From a virus (Duplodnaviria > Caudoviricetes), in the IMG/VR virus record IMGVR_UViG_3300048592_000543, positions 1 to 50,392 of that record: a stretch of 50,392 nucleotides of DNA. One strand, given 5' to 3'. The notes under the pieces were generated by a model, which searched no databases, was not told the origin of the DNA, and saw nothing but the letters and a program-made list of their open reading frames with translations. A program made the translations under genes and the position numbers. Below are positions 35,630 through 44,810 of the stretch, piece after piece. How positions within the stretch are numbered: the stretch's first letter is position 1; every line of letters begins with the position of its first letter.

Positions 35630-36067
35630 TTAGCATGGTCTAACAAGAGATTGGTAGTAGTCAACCTGTAAGTCGATTCTTGCGGTGTAGAGTGGTTGCA
35701 GAACGTGAAGATCTGTTGTTGATCCCAAAAGCCTCATGTGAATCACTTCTTCGATGCCGAGCTTAGGATCCGCAAAAAGAGCCTGTTCGGTTTCTTCGAT
35801 TAAATCCCAAAGATCTGTTTGTTTAGGAACATAATTTGTTTTTGGACCTATGACAATTTCAACGGTAAGATTCCAGGTTTTTTTTGCTCTTGTGCGCTCA
35901 TGAAGTGAATCATCACCCAAGTCGATTATTTGCGCTGCCGGCAATTCAAACTCTTGAAAATCGCTAGCAAGGAGCTTGATAGTCTCATGGCTTGCCCAAT
36001 TATAATCGCCCATCGCTTTCAGGATTGTGATTAATTTTTCAGCAATTTGAGATCTGATCGAAGACAT
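35630..36067 (-). CDS. Tail terminator / tail completion protein
   Basis: MSSIRSQI start, DPKLG, acidic, upstream of tail tube. Confidence 0.65.
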   Translation of the reverse strand: MSSIRSQIAEKLITILKAMGDYNWASHETIKLLASDFQEFELPAAQIIDLGDDSLHERTRAKKTWNLTVEIVIGPKTNYVPKQTDLWDLIEETEQALFADPKLGIEEVIHMRLLGSTTDLHVLQPLYTARIDLQVDYYQSLVRPC

Positions 36068-36526
36068 CTATTTCCCCAAATATTCTCTAATAGTTTCAAT
36101 GATATACTTCTGAGAATCCTTCAGCGCTGGTCTAAGATACGGCCTTGGTCGCCAACGCCATTCAGACCCGCTTTTGATAATCACCCGCTTGCTTGCCCTT
36201 GGAGCCCGATCTTTCAAAGCAGCAAATATTGCCCTACGCTGCCTTTCCGTTACTTTGCCGCCGTATTCATTCATTGCAGCATATTTCACACCAAATGATC
36301 CGATGTAAACCCCCTGCGTATCGCCTTGGCGATAAAACTCCCACCGCAAAGAGTTGATCAATCTTCCAGTGTCAACCATTCTATGCCTACGCACATTGAT
36401 TTTGGCTTTTGCAATGATCATCATCGCAATTCTGAGCATTGCGTTTTTAATACTCGGAGAATCACCTGATACTTTTTCGGCGATGACATTCATGCGAGCA
36501 ATAACAAATGAGATATTGTTAGCCAT
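36068..36526 (-). CDS. HK97 gp10-like / virion morphogenesis protein
   Basis: VDTGRLINSL...YAAMNEYG...RPRPYLRPAL. Confidence 0.85.
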   Translation of the reverse strand: MANNISFVIARMNVIAEKVSGDSPSIKNAMLRIAMMIIAKAKINVRRHRMVDTGRLINSLRWEFYRQGDTQGVYIGSFGVKYAAMNEYGGKVTERQRRAIFAALKDRAPRASKRVIIKSGSEWRWRPRPYLRPALKDSQKYIIETIREYLGK

Positions 36527-37127
36527 TTCGAACCGGCGCGTTTAGGTTTGGTATTTCCATGCGCTTGTAACGATTAATTGCATCTTTTACGACTTGCGGA
36601 GCTTGCTGTAAAATTGTTACCGACTCATCGCCCTTGCCTTTTGAGGTTCTTCCGATATCCTGGTTTTGCCGGATCATGTAATAGTATGTTGTCAGCCAAA
36701 GACATGCGTTTTCAAGGTCTGATGGAACAGAAGCATAACCAGCATTATAGACTATTTTGATGTTGTTAAACCCATTTGGAAATGTGCGCGATATCAGAAC
36801 AACAGAGTTTAAATCATCTGCAATTCTGTATTGATCAGAATCAAGCGTTGTTGCTGGATCTGTAAATAGTGCTGATTGATCGATTGCTAGTGATGTAATC
36901 GAATTGATCGGCCATTCTCTTAGAACAATAATATTTCCATTCCTGCCGTGCTGATACTCAGTAATTGCTTGCGCTTTTATTTTTCTGTTCGTATCGCTTT
37001 CGATTTCTTGCGATGCCGCATTGATGCAAAACTCGACAATAGAGTCCTGGGATGTCTCACCCACCGGAATTTTTAGATAAGTTTTAGCAAATGCTAAAGT
37101 CGTTAGCGCGTTAGCGTTTAATGCCAT
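36519..37127 (-). CDS. Head-tail adaptor (gp6-like)
   Basis: LTTLAFAKTYL...INAASQEIE...YNAGY..VPSDLENAC. Confidence 0.85.
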   Translation of the reverse strand: MALNANALTTLAFAKTYLKIPVGETSQDSIVEFCINAASQEIESDTNRKIKAQAITEYQHGRNGNIIVLREWPINSITSLAIDQSALFTDPATTLDSDQYRIADDLNSVVLISRTFPNGFNNIKIVYNAGYASVPSDLENACLWLTTYYYMIRQNQDIGRTSKGKGDESVTILQQAPQVVKDAINRYKRMEIPNLNAPVRNG

Positions 37128-37383
37128 TATTTACCCCATCCTGAAACATCCCATTATCTATCTCTTTATTTGTTAGATAAAGAGCAAACCCTAGACCAAT
37201 TGCTGATGAATAACATACCAAATCAATAAAAAAACTCAATGACCATATATCGTATTCACCGCCAATAAGCTTGAAAAAAATGAATAAAAAAAGACTGACT
37301 ACCGCCATTGAATTTAGAAAAAAAATGCTATAGATAACAAAAGCCAAAAAGAAGAAAGTCATCATCTTGATCACTTTTGTCAT
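37111..37383 (-). CDS. Small membrane protein (2-3 TM)
   Basis: Very hydrophobic; ATGA coupling. Confidence 0.6.
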   Translation of the reverse strand: MTKVIKMMTFFFLAFVIYSIFFLNSMAVVSLFLFIFFKLIGGEYDIWSLSFFIDLVCYSSAIGLGFALYLTNKEIDNGMFQDGVNNGIKR

Positions 37384-37652
37384 TTTGATCGCATTGCCTT
37401 GTTTTCATAATCCTTGGAGCATTTATCTTCTTGTGGTTTTTCAGTCGGCTTTGTTCCATCTACCACTTCAAAAAATCCAGGATATCTTGAAAGAATATCA
37501 TAGGCTAATTGATCGTCAAAACGAACAACTTCACCAACGCGAACCTTCCTCGTTTCTTTTTTCCCCTCAACAATGTATTGAATAATGAGAGGCTCCTGTG
37601 ATTTGTGTGACGGCCCTTTTTTTAGAACTAGATCCATTTTCTTAGTCTCCAT
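37380..37652 (-). CDS. Hypothetical protein
   Basis: Operon context. Confidence 0.6.
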   Translation of the reverse strand: METKKMDLVLKKGPSHKSQEPLIIQYIVEGKKETRKVRVGEVVRFDDQLAYDILSRYPGFFEVVDGTKPTEKPQEDKCSKDYENKAMRSK

Positions 37653-38191
37653 TGTTTTTTCAATCTTGCTATATAAAGTTTGAGAAAACCGATTTTAGAA
37701 ATAATCTCGATCCTCTCTGAATGAACGCCGATCATACCAGATAAATTGCTTACAACACCATCATAAATTATGATTGGTTTTGCTGGACTATAGTATTTTT
37801 TCAGATTCTCATTGCTCGACTCATATGCATAAATATAATGGGTAGCGCAATCGAGAAGAACAACAAAAAGCCATGCCGTGACAAGAAAAAACCCAAGCTT
37901 TCTATCTGTGATAAAATAGCCGTTCATCTCTGAAATCCATTTGTAGCGATCAATCATTGCGATTGCTTCAATTCCCTTTTGCGTTTTCGGAATCTGTCTT
38001 ATTGATCGTGCGTTTTTCTTTTTGGCAATGATAAAACCGCCAACAGCCTTTTTTCTTTTATAAATCAAAAATGACTTTCCAGTCAGTATATAATCAATTG
38101 GGAATTTAACACCAGATAATTTATAAAACGCCTCTTGATAGTCAAGAGCCTGTGTTAGTTTTCGCGCTCGCTTAATTGAGATTTGTAACAT
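37628..38191 (-). CDS. Basic hypothetical protein, possible GNAT/acyl-synthase-like fold
   Basis: KAVGGFII...SEMNGYFI...YAYE...LKKYY spacing is reminiscent of GNAT-like folds (weak). Confidence 0.5.
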   Translation of the reverse strand: MLQISIKRARKLTQALDYQEAFYKLSGVKFPIDYILTGKSFLIYKRKKAVGGFIIAKKKNARSIRQIPKTQKGIEAIAMIDRYKWISEMNGYFITDRKLGFFLVTAWLFVVLLDCATHYIYAYESSNENLKKYYSPAKPIIIYDGVVSNLSGMIGVHSERIEIISKIGFLKLYIARLKKQWRLRKWI

Positions 38192-38658
38192 AAATGTTGC
38201 ATCTCCGGCGTTATTGCATCATCAAAATATGGATAAATGTTCAATTCATATTTTAACAAAATTTCAGCAATAGGATCTGCAATATTTGTGCAAAGGAATG
38301 TTGTTTTTGAATAATAGGGGTTTTTCTTTGGCGGATAAAGACCGATGAATCTATAAATAATTCCTTTACATATCAACCAAAACCATGCTGCAAAATTGTA
38401 TTTAGAACCGCACATATCAAAGAGAATTTCGCAGCATGTTTTTTCGTCATCGTCAGACATATCAATATAGATCGAATAAACCTCTTTGTTTATCGTATTA
38501 AACCGCTTAATTGTTTGGCATTTAAAGCCCGATGTTGAGCAATCAAAAGCAATATCTTTTTTTGGAAATAGCAAACCGACATGAGATATTTTTTCCTTGC
38601 CCAAATACTTTTGAAGCTTAGAAAGAAATTTATCATTTGTTGTATATGAAAACTTCAC
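38155..38658 (-). CDS. Permuted papain-like (YiiX/YebB-like NlpC/P60) amidase
   Basis: N-terminal SHVGL His, G.KYNF, C-terminal FLCT Cys. Confidence 0.7.
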   Translation of the reverse strand: MKFSYTTNDKFLSKLQKYLGKEKISHVGLLFPKKDIAFDCSTSGFKCQTIKRFNTINKEVYSIYIDMSDDDEKTCCEILFDMCGSKYNFAAWFWLICKGIIYRFIGLYPPKKNPYYSKTTFLCTNIADPIAEILLKYELNIYPYFDDAITPEMQHLCYKSQLSEREN

Positions 38659-39449
38659 TCTTTGTAATGCTCCAAAAAGATCTGGACACCAAAACGATTA
38701 GCATCTGTCACAACATCATGCCTTATCCTAAAGCAAATTGGAATATATGCCGGAAGTGGATCATCATTAGCAGTTCTTGAATCGATCAAAAAAACGTGTC
38801 CATTTGGGAAAAAGCGCAAATTAAGACCGCCTTGAACATACGGAACAAGCCCCATTCCAATGGCAGATAAATCAACGAAGCACCATAAATATGCCGACCA
38901 ACTTGGTGGATCCAATATCTGAACACTTGCGCCAATGCATTTGCGATCATATATCGGTGTCCATATGCAATCAGTCATATAGCAATCAGTATCAAGTCTA
39001 TCTTGAAAATCTTCATCACTTTCACTTTGACCTTGTGTAAGCTCATCACCATCAACATCATAAAATTTTAGTGTCGCATCTCCATAATCATCAGCACTAG
39101 CAACAGAACCAGCACCAGTTTCTTTTCGGTTATAAAGTGATTTATGCTTGCCCACAAAAAAATCAAAGCCCCTTGGCTCATAATGCCAAGCCTCTCCTAC
39201 AATTTGATTTTTTGTTAGTGGTAGTCCGATAGAGTCCTTTGGCTGTAGTTTTTTGTTTGAATCTGATTTGTAGTTATCTTCGAAGTCGTCAAGATCCGTT
39301 GTGTCTGAGGGATTTTTGTCAAGCATACATTCAACACAAAAATCACCATCAAAAGCTTTTAAATAATAAAATTCATTCGTCTCTATATATTGAATATTTA
39401 GGCTTCTATCGTCAACAAATCCTTTAAATGCAATCCAATTTGTTTCCAC
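38655..39449 (-). CDS. Hypothetical acidic protein (head-region)
   Basis: Long ORF coupled to neighbours. Confidence 0.7.
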   Translation of the reverse strand: METNWIAFKGFVDDRSLNIQYIETNEFYYLKAFDGDFCVECMLDKNPSDTTDLDDFEDNYKSDSNKKLQPKDSIGLPLTKNQIVGEAWHYEPRGFDFFVGKHKSLYNRKETGAGSVASADDYGDATLKFYDVDGDELTQGQSESDEDFQDRLDTDCYMTDCIWTPIYDRKCIGASVQILDPPSWSAYLWCFVDLSAIGMGLVPYVQGGLNLRFFPNGHVFLIDSRTANDDPLPAYIPICFRIRHDVVTDANRFGVQIFLEHYKE

Positions 39450-39451
39450 TT

Positions 39452-40051
39452 TTATGTCTCCAAAATGCTTACAAGACCGGCTCTAAAATTTCCATTCGAT
39501 GTTGATTTTCTAGCATATATTTTAATCGATGAATCGAATTTCATAAATGATCCGTGAGGAGATTCCCACCTTAAACCATTTGTTTCTGTAATTGAAAATC
39601 CAAGGTGGGGAGTCATTGAGTCAGCACCTACAACCTTGTAATCATAAAGAGATGTTCCCCACAAATCGTTTGTTGATATTCCTGTTGATCCCATAAAAAT
39701 AGAATTACCATCATTTTCCATCTTAATAAGCCAATTCGTATTCATTGATTCAAGCATCAAAAAAAATCCCAACAAATACCCAGATCCCTGGTATTCAAAA
39801 AGCTTTACAAATGATGTTTGAATATTCGTTCCCCTGGCAACACCACCATTTGTATCATTCATATCAAGATAGATTAGACGTTTATCAATAACTGGACGAT
39901 CATCAGAATTACCGCCTGATATATTTGCTTTGACGTGTAATCTTTCTATAGATCCATCTGTCTCGCTTGTGATCTTTGCGCCAATCGGCCAACCATTAGC
40001 CTCATCTCCCTTATATCCCTTGATAAAACTATCATCTCTATCCCATCCCAT
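39452..40051 (-). CDS. Hypothetical protein (head-region)
   Basis: GAGG RBS, beta-rich. Confidence 0.7.
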   Translation of the reverse strand: MGWDRDDSFIKGYKGDEANGWPIGAKITSETDGSIERLHVKANISGGNSDDRPVIDKRLIYLDMNDTNGGVARGTNIQTSFVKLFEYQGSGYLLGFFLMLESMNTNWLIKMENDGNSIFMGSTGISTNDLWGTSLYDYKVVGADSMTPHLGFSITETNGLRWESPHGSFMKFDSSIKIYARKSTSNGNFRAGLVSILET

Positions 40052-40052
40052 A

Positions 40053-40268
40053 TCAGACCTCTGTGATTTTGCCGTCTTTGTCGATAACTTTTTTTAGCTC
40101 TAAAATATTTGCATCCATTTTCTTTATCACGCCTGTTATTTGCGTATAAAGCCTTGTATATGTGAAAGCTTCTTTTGTTGTCATGTTCGGAAGTGTTGCG
40201 TGAGTATAGATAAAATTAACAAAATCAGAAACAGATTTAACATCTGACTCGGTAAACGTCATTGACAT
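40053..40268 (-). CDS. Hypothetical protein
   Basis: GGGGG RBS. Confidence 0.6.
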   Translation of the reverse strand: MSMTFTESDVKSVSDFVNFIYTHATLPNMTTKEAFTYTRLYTQITGVIKKMDANILELKKVIDKDGKITEV

Positions 40269-40282
40269 AAGACCCCCAAAAT

Positions 40283-40315
40283 AAAAATCCCATGCCGATG
40301 ATAGACCGACATGGG
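40283..40315 (-). terminator. Intrinsic terminator
   Basis: CCCATGTCGG/TCGGCATGGG stem plus T-run. Confidence 0.65.
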
Positions 40316-40340
40316 CATTTTCTCAAGAGCCAAAGAGTGA

Positions 40341-41021
40341 TTAGCTTAGTTCCATCACGCGTAGATCTTCACTGCTCGCGCCTGTGCGGCCAATAATCTG
40401 AGGAGCAACGCTTGCGCCAACACGCGCAACATGTTGCATTCCTGGATGCAATGGAAAACCGTTTGCCGTTGTTACGCCGGTTTTTCCCCAATAGAGCGAT
40501 TTGTTGCCTTCGTTTGCGAGCCATAGCCATTTGCGATCTGCTAATGCAGATGTTACTAAGTTAACAGCCGTGGTCGAAACAGCGGTTGCGGTGTTTTCTA
40601 TTGCTGTATCTGCCAAATCATCATCAATATCGATGTCACCAGGATTGATTACATTAACATCTAAACCATGATCGCTACCTACCGTTGTGCCTGTATAAAG
40701 CGTTGTGCCATCGCCTAAAGCAACAGAATCAGAAACGTGCGTTAGATCCCTGATATCTAAATCATCAGCGCTTACAACAACATCGTTTTGAACGCTAACC
40801 GCCAAGCTCTGCACACCGCTTTCATCCGTTGAATCGATAGCAACGCCATTGCCATCGAAAAGGCCAGCAGCGACTTGCAACCACTCACTAGAATCAATCG
40901 TCTTGGATCCGATCAAATCACCATCAGTTCCAGCGCGAACAAATGCGCCTACACTTGAGCTTGATGCTAATGTATCAGCATCTGTAGGATCGAAAACTAA
41001 TCTTTGTGTTACGCTTGCCAT
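40341..41021 (-). CDS. Putative capsid decoration/spike protein
   Basis: D/T/S-rich; DLDIRDL; C-terminal RKWLWLANEG...GFPLHPG...VMELS beta-sandwich. Confidence 0.55.
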   Translation of the reverse strand: MASVTQRLVFDPTDADTLASSSSVGAFVRAGTDGDLIGSKTIDSSEWLQVAAGLFDGNGVAIDSTDESGVQSLAVSVQNDVVVSADDLDIRDLTHVSDSVALGDGTTLYTGTTVGSDHGLDVNVINPGDIDIDDDLADTAIENTATAVSTTAVNLVTSALADRKWLWLANEGNKSLYWGKTGVTTANGFPLHPGMQHVARVGASVAPQIIGRTGASSEDLRVMELS

Positions 41022-41037
41022 GAGATCCCCCTATTTT

Positions 41038-41838
41038 TTATGACCATGACATTAGTTCTAGTCTTTGATTTGCCTTGATCGCTTGAAAATAAATTCTGGT
41101 GTTTGCTCTTTCAATGTTCTTTTTTTCAAAGATTTGACCTGGATACAAACTCCAATATTTAGTTCCGCTCTCACCAACATTATACGATAATCTGATCAAA
41201 ACCGTACCTGTATTTTGGATGATAAATTCTTTTGTGTTAGTTGGAAAATCGTAAAAATATTCGGTGTTGGCTAATAAAATAGTATAATTGTCAATGTTTG
41301 GTGTTACGCTAGGCGATAGTGTGCCGCCTGAAACAATAACCTCTAATTTCCCATTATCGCCGCGCAAAAAATAGTACTTGTTTTCAGCTTCATCATAAAC
41401 CGCAATAGCACTACCGGCGTCTGTTGTCAAAAGCGCTTCTTGTCCCTCTCGAAACGGAGCCTCTTGCGGAAATGACGATACTGCCGTGATATACACGCCG
41501 AACGTAGCATTTCCGCCCGTTATTGAGATCTCTAAAAATGCTTTGTTGTGTATTCCCGAAACAAGCCTACGGTCTGATGTATCTGATGTTGATATGAGTT
41601 TGTGCGCTGCTATATAAATTTTTTCGCCTGGCATTGATCCAGAACCAGGACCAATATCATACCATCTGCACAATATTTCAGCACCTGGATCAATTTCCTT
41701 TACCCAAAGCGTTGATAAAATACTGTTAGAGTATGTTGCGCTCTTGATGAGATAATCACCGGCCGGAAATGAAGAAACCGGAACTAGCGCAATTGTATCA
41801 TATATTCCAAGCCTGATTATTCCAGCTGCACTATTCAT
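41038..41838 (-). CDS. Putative capsid decoration protein
   Basis: Start moved to ATG 41838; C-terminal FIIQNTG...YWSLYPG...LELMSWS resembles the domain in 40341-41021. Confidence 0.55.
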   Translation of the reverse strand: MNSAAGIIRLGIYDTIALVPVSSFPAGDYLIKSATYSNSILSTLWVKEIDPGAEILCRWYDIGPGSGSMPGEKIYIAAHKLISTSDTSDRRLVSGIHNKAFLEISITGGNATFGVYITAVSSFPQEAPFREGQEALLTTDAGSAIAVYDEAENKYYFLRGDNGKLEVIVSGGTLSPSVTPNIDNYTILLANTEYFYDFPTNTKEFIIQNTGTVLIRLSYNVGESGTKYWSLYPGQIFEKKNIERANTRIYFQAIKANQRLELMSWS

Positions 41839-41854
41839 CTTTGACCCCAAATGT

Positions 41855-41889
41855 AAAAAAACGACTATCACTCATATAGCAATAGTCGC
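41855..41889 (-). terminator. Intrinsic terminator after major capsid gene
   Basis: GCGACTATTGC/GTGATAGTCGT stem plus T-run. Confidence 0.7.
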
Positions 41890-41914
41890 TCTTTTAAACC
41901 ACCAATCCTTGCGC

Positions 41915-43309
41915 TTATTTTGCGATATTGTAGCCGTATGCAACGGATTTCTCAACGGCGCCCTGCGCGTGTCCGATGAAACCGCACCGACGATAGGATG
42001 CCATCAGCCAACGATCATGATAGGGAAGATCCTGCATGACTTTGATTTGAATCGGACGACGATTGCCCAAATACCAGCGCGTCATGTTGACCAAAAGCAT
42101 TGCGCCTTGAGTCGCTGTAACGCCATCATAAACGCCGGAAGCGTTAAGATCTTCTCTCATATACTCGCTGCAAACAATCGGGATTCCCTGCCATGCTGCT
42201 AATGCACCTTGTAGCACAGTCGCCATTGGACCAAATTTGTCAACCGTGACAACGGTATCAAAATTGAGCATTTGCGTATAAACGCCGGTTCCCACGATCC
42301 AAACTAACTCCTTTTCATTCTTGCCAAACTTGCCCATCGCTGCGCGCATTGAAGTTAGTTTCGTCTCATCGGCAACGCCGTTTGTGAAATCGATCAGAAC
42401 ATTGTTTGCGCTGTTAGCGATTGCTTGTCTTCTCCAGCCCTTCCAGATTTTTTCTGCAAGATCGGCAGCACCAGCTTGCGTATCGCTGTCCAAGTGCGTT
42501 CCATCGTCGTCGCCATTGATCAGCGCCGTTTCAACAGCATTTTTTTGCGCTTTGACAACATGATCCCTGCCAGCGGCCAGAAAATCAGGAGCGGAATCCT
42601 CATTCAACTCTTCCGGAATTTCATAGTACTCAGCCAATTTAACGGCGCTAACCGTCAATTTTTTGGTAGTGAATTGGCCGGCAGTCATGATTGTGCCTTC
42701 AGTTGCTTTTCGAGCAGTCGTTCCAGCTGCAACGGCAGGAATATCAAAGGGGTTTGTTGGCATGTTGATCACTTTTACGCGCTGCTCAAGAACGCGCTCA
42801 AGCTGATACTCATCGATATATGAGCTAGAAATTGCAGTCGGCACCCATTCATCACCGCCGCCAACAACGGTTGAGCCAAACGCTTTGATCGCTGGTGCAA
42901 GGACATGCTTACCAAAATAGGTATCGAGAATGTTCGAAACGCGAGCTAATTGGATATCTGATTTAGTGTTGCCATCAAGCGGCGCGCCGTGAAACATTTG
43001 TGCGGTGAAACGCGCAATATCAACGGATTTTTTGAAATTAAGAGCAACGTGCTTCAGTTCTTCAGGAACACGCGCAAATTTTCTATCGGCAACATTGATA
43101 GAGAGCAATTCTTTCGGATGTGCAACGCCAAAATATCTAAGACAACGCGACTCATCACTATCAGAGCGCGAGCCAACAACGCCTACTTGTGATTTTAGTT
43201 TTACGTTTTCTTCTTCGAGAGCTTTTGCTTTCGTCTCGATCTCACCAATTTTCTTTTTGGTTTCTTCTTGGTCTTTTAAGATCCCTTCTAATTGTTCTTT
43301 CGTTAACAT
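41915..43309 (-). CDS. Major capsid protein (HK97 fold)
   Basis: N-terminal coiled-coil delta domain; GGDEWVPT, EELNEDS, ALINGD, GIPIVCSEYM. Confidence 0.92.
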   Translation of the reverse strand: MLTKEQLEGILKDQEETKKKIGEIETKAKALEEENVKLKSQVGVVGSRSDSDESRCLRYFGVAHPKELLSINVADRKFARVPEELKHVALNFKKSVDIARFTAQMFHGAPLDGNTKSDIQLARVSNILDTYFGKHVLAPAIKAFGSTVVGGGDEWVPTAISSSYIDEYQLERVLEQRVKVINMPTNPFDIPAVAAGTTARKATEGTIMTAGQFTTKKLTVSAVKLAEYYEIPEELNEDSAPDFLAAGRDHVVKAQKNAVETALINGDDDGTHLDSDTQAGAADLAEKIWKGWRRQAIANSANNVLIDFTNGVADETKLTSMRAAMGKFGKNEKELVWIVGTGVYTQMLNFDTVVTVDKFGPMATVLQGALAAWQGIPIVCSEYMREDLNASGVYDGVTATQGAMLLVNMTRWYLGNRRPIQIKVMQDLPYHDRWLMASYRRCGFIGHAQGAVEKSVAYGYNIAK

Positions 43310-43319
43310 GATTTTTCTC

Positions 43320-44810
43320 CTAATAAATCAATGACTTTAATCGAAGGTTTAAATCTTCCTGATTTTCCCTAATTCTACGAATAGCCTTTTTCATTTCCTC
43401 GTCGTCTTCTTCTTCGTTTTCTTGTTGCCTATTTTCTTGCCTGTTTTCTTCCCTTGTTTCTTCCTCTGTTTCTTCTTGCTGTTCATCAACCCTGATAGGC
43501 ACCTCAACCATTTTTTCCATCGACATGTTGAGCTTTTGCAATTGATCGATCACAACACCCAGAAGAACATTGGTTTGTTTCGATAAATCGATCTGAGGAT
43601 TTACAGTCTCTTGAACAGCCTCAGAACCTGTTGGAATTACGTTTTTTACCGCCTGATCATTTGCGCCTTTTGAATCTGAATTTTCATCAGATTTTTCTGG
43701 TTGTTTAACAGTTCCGCCAAATTTATTGAGGTATAACCAAGTTACCACAGCCCAATATTTTTCAGGATCTTCCCTTGAATAACCTTGATCTGCAGCTTCT
43801 TTTGCCTTTGCCCATGCTGCCTCATTTGCAACCCACGATGCTGGATTTCCCTCATCATTATTAGCGCAAGCGGAAGCCTCTGCTTGCATTTCTGCAATAG
43901 CAGATTCAACATCTTCTTTTTGCATCATTTGATCATCAGCCTTTTGCGTTTCTTCTTCTGATGATTCGGAATCATTTTCACCAGGCTTTTCTTCTTCGTT
44001 TTCACCAGGCTTTTTTTCTTCTTCTTCTTGCATCTTCTTGCCTTTGATGATTGCCTTGATCGTCGGTGTTAGATCAATTTCAATTGTTTCAACATTATCG
44101 TCATGTTTTTGGATAAATTTCCAGCAATTATCACTCTCATCAATTTTTTCTACCGAATATTTCTTTTCTGCCAGAAATTTTTTTGCTTTTTCTAAACTTT
44201 CAAACCCTTCCTTTTGCACGATCAGGCTCAATAGTTCCAGTGTACCACATGGGGAATTTTTTTTGACAGTGCTGACAATTTCTCTCTGCACATTTTTTTT
44301 GTAATTGTCCCACCATCTTCTGGCTGTTTTTGTGCGCGAATCAGATAGCGATTTCGATAGCATTGAAAATGTTGAATCTTGGTTCATCGGTATTGGCACA
44401 AATGAAATTTCTAAAAGCTCAGCATCCGTAATCCTCTTTATGTTTTCTTCTTTTGCTGAATTTTTTGGATCAAATCCAACGGAAAAAGTTTTTAGGATCC
44501 CTTCCTCAACAAGATCTCTTACAGCGGTTATTTTTTCAGTTTTGCTGTTAGAAATTTCAACTTCACAATAAAGCCCTTCTTCTTTTGGTTCGACCTTGAT
44601 TGCTTTTCCAACCGGCAAAGAACCAAAAGCCAGATCCATCCCATGATCAAAAAGAACAATCGGATTCTTTTTATAGTTATCAAGTCGCCATGCCTTAGGA
44701 TCTATAATTTCCTCGGCTCTATCAATTGTTGCGGCGTTTGCAAAACCAGCAACAACAATGCTTCCGTTCTTTTTTGATTTGACTTCAAAATTAAAATTCA
44801 ATCTATTCAT
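43320..44810 (-). CDS. HK97-type prohead protease with long acidic scaffold-like extension
   Basis: GFAN...DRAEE...NPIVLFDH...PVGK...FSVGF...LLEISFVPIPMN. Confidence 0.9.
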   Translation of the reverse strand: MNRLNFNFEVKSKKNGSIVVAGFANAATIDRAEEIIDPKAWRLDNYKKNPIVLFDHGMDLAFGSLPVGKAIKVEPKEEGLYCEVEISNSKTEKITAVRDLVEEGILKTFSVGFDPKNSAKEENIKRITDAELLEISFVPIPMNQDSTFSMLSKSLSDSRTKTARRWWDNYKKNVQREIVSTVKKNSPCGTLELLSLIVQKEGFESLEKAKKFLAEKKYSVEKIDESDNCWKFIQKHDDNVETIEIDLTPTIKAIIKGKKMQEEEEKKPGENEEEKPGENDSESSEEETQKADDQMMQKEDVESAIAEMQAEASACANNDEGNPASWVANEAAWAKAKEAADQGYSREDPEKYWAVVTWLYLNKFGGTVKQPEKSDENSDSKGANDQAVKNVIPTGSEAVQETVNPQIDLSKQTNVLLGVVIDQLQKLNMSMEKMVEVPIRVDEQQEETEEETREENRQENRQQENEEEDDEEMKKAIRRIRENQEDLNLRLKSLIY

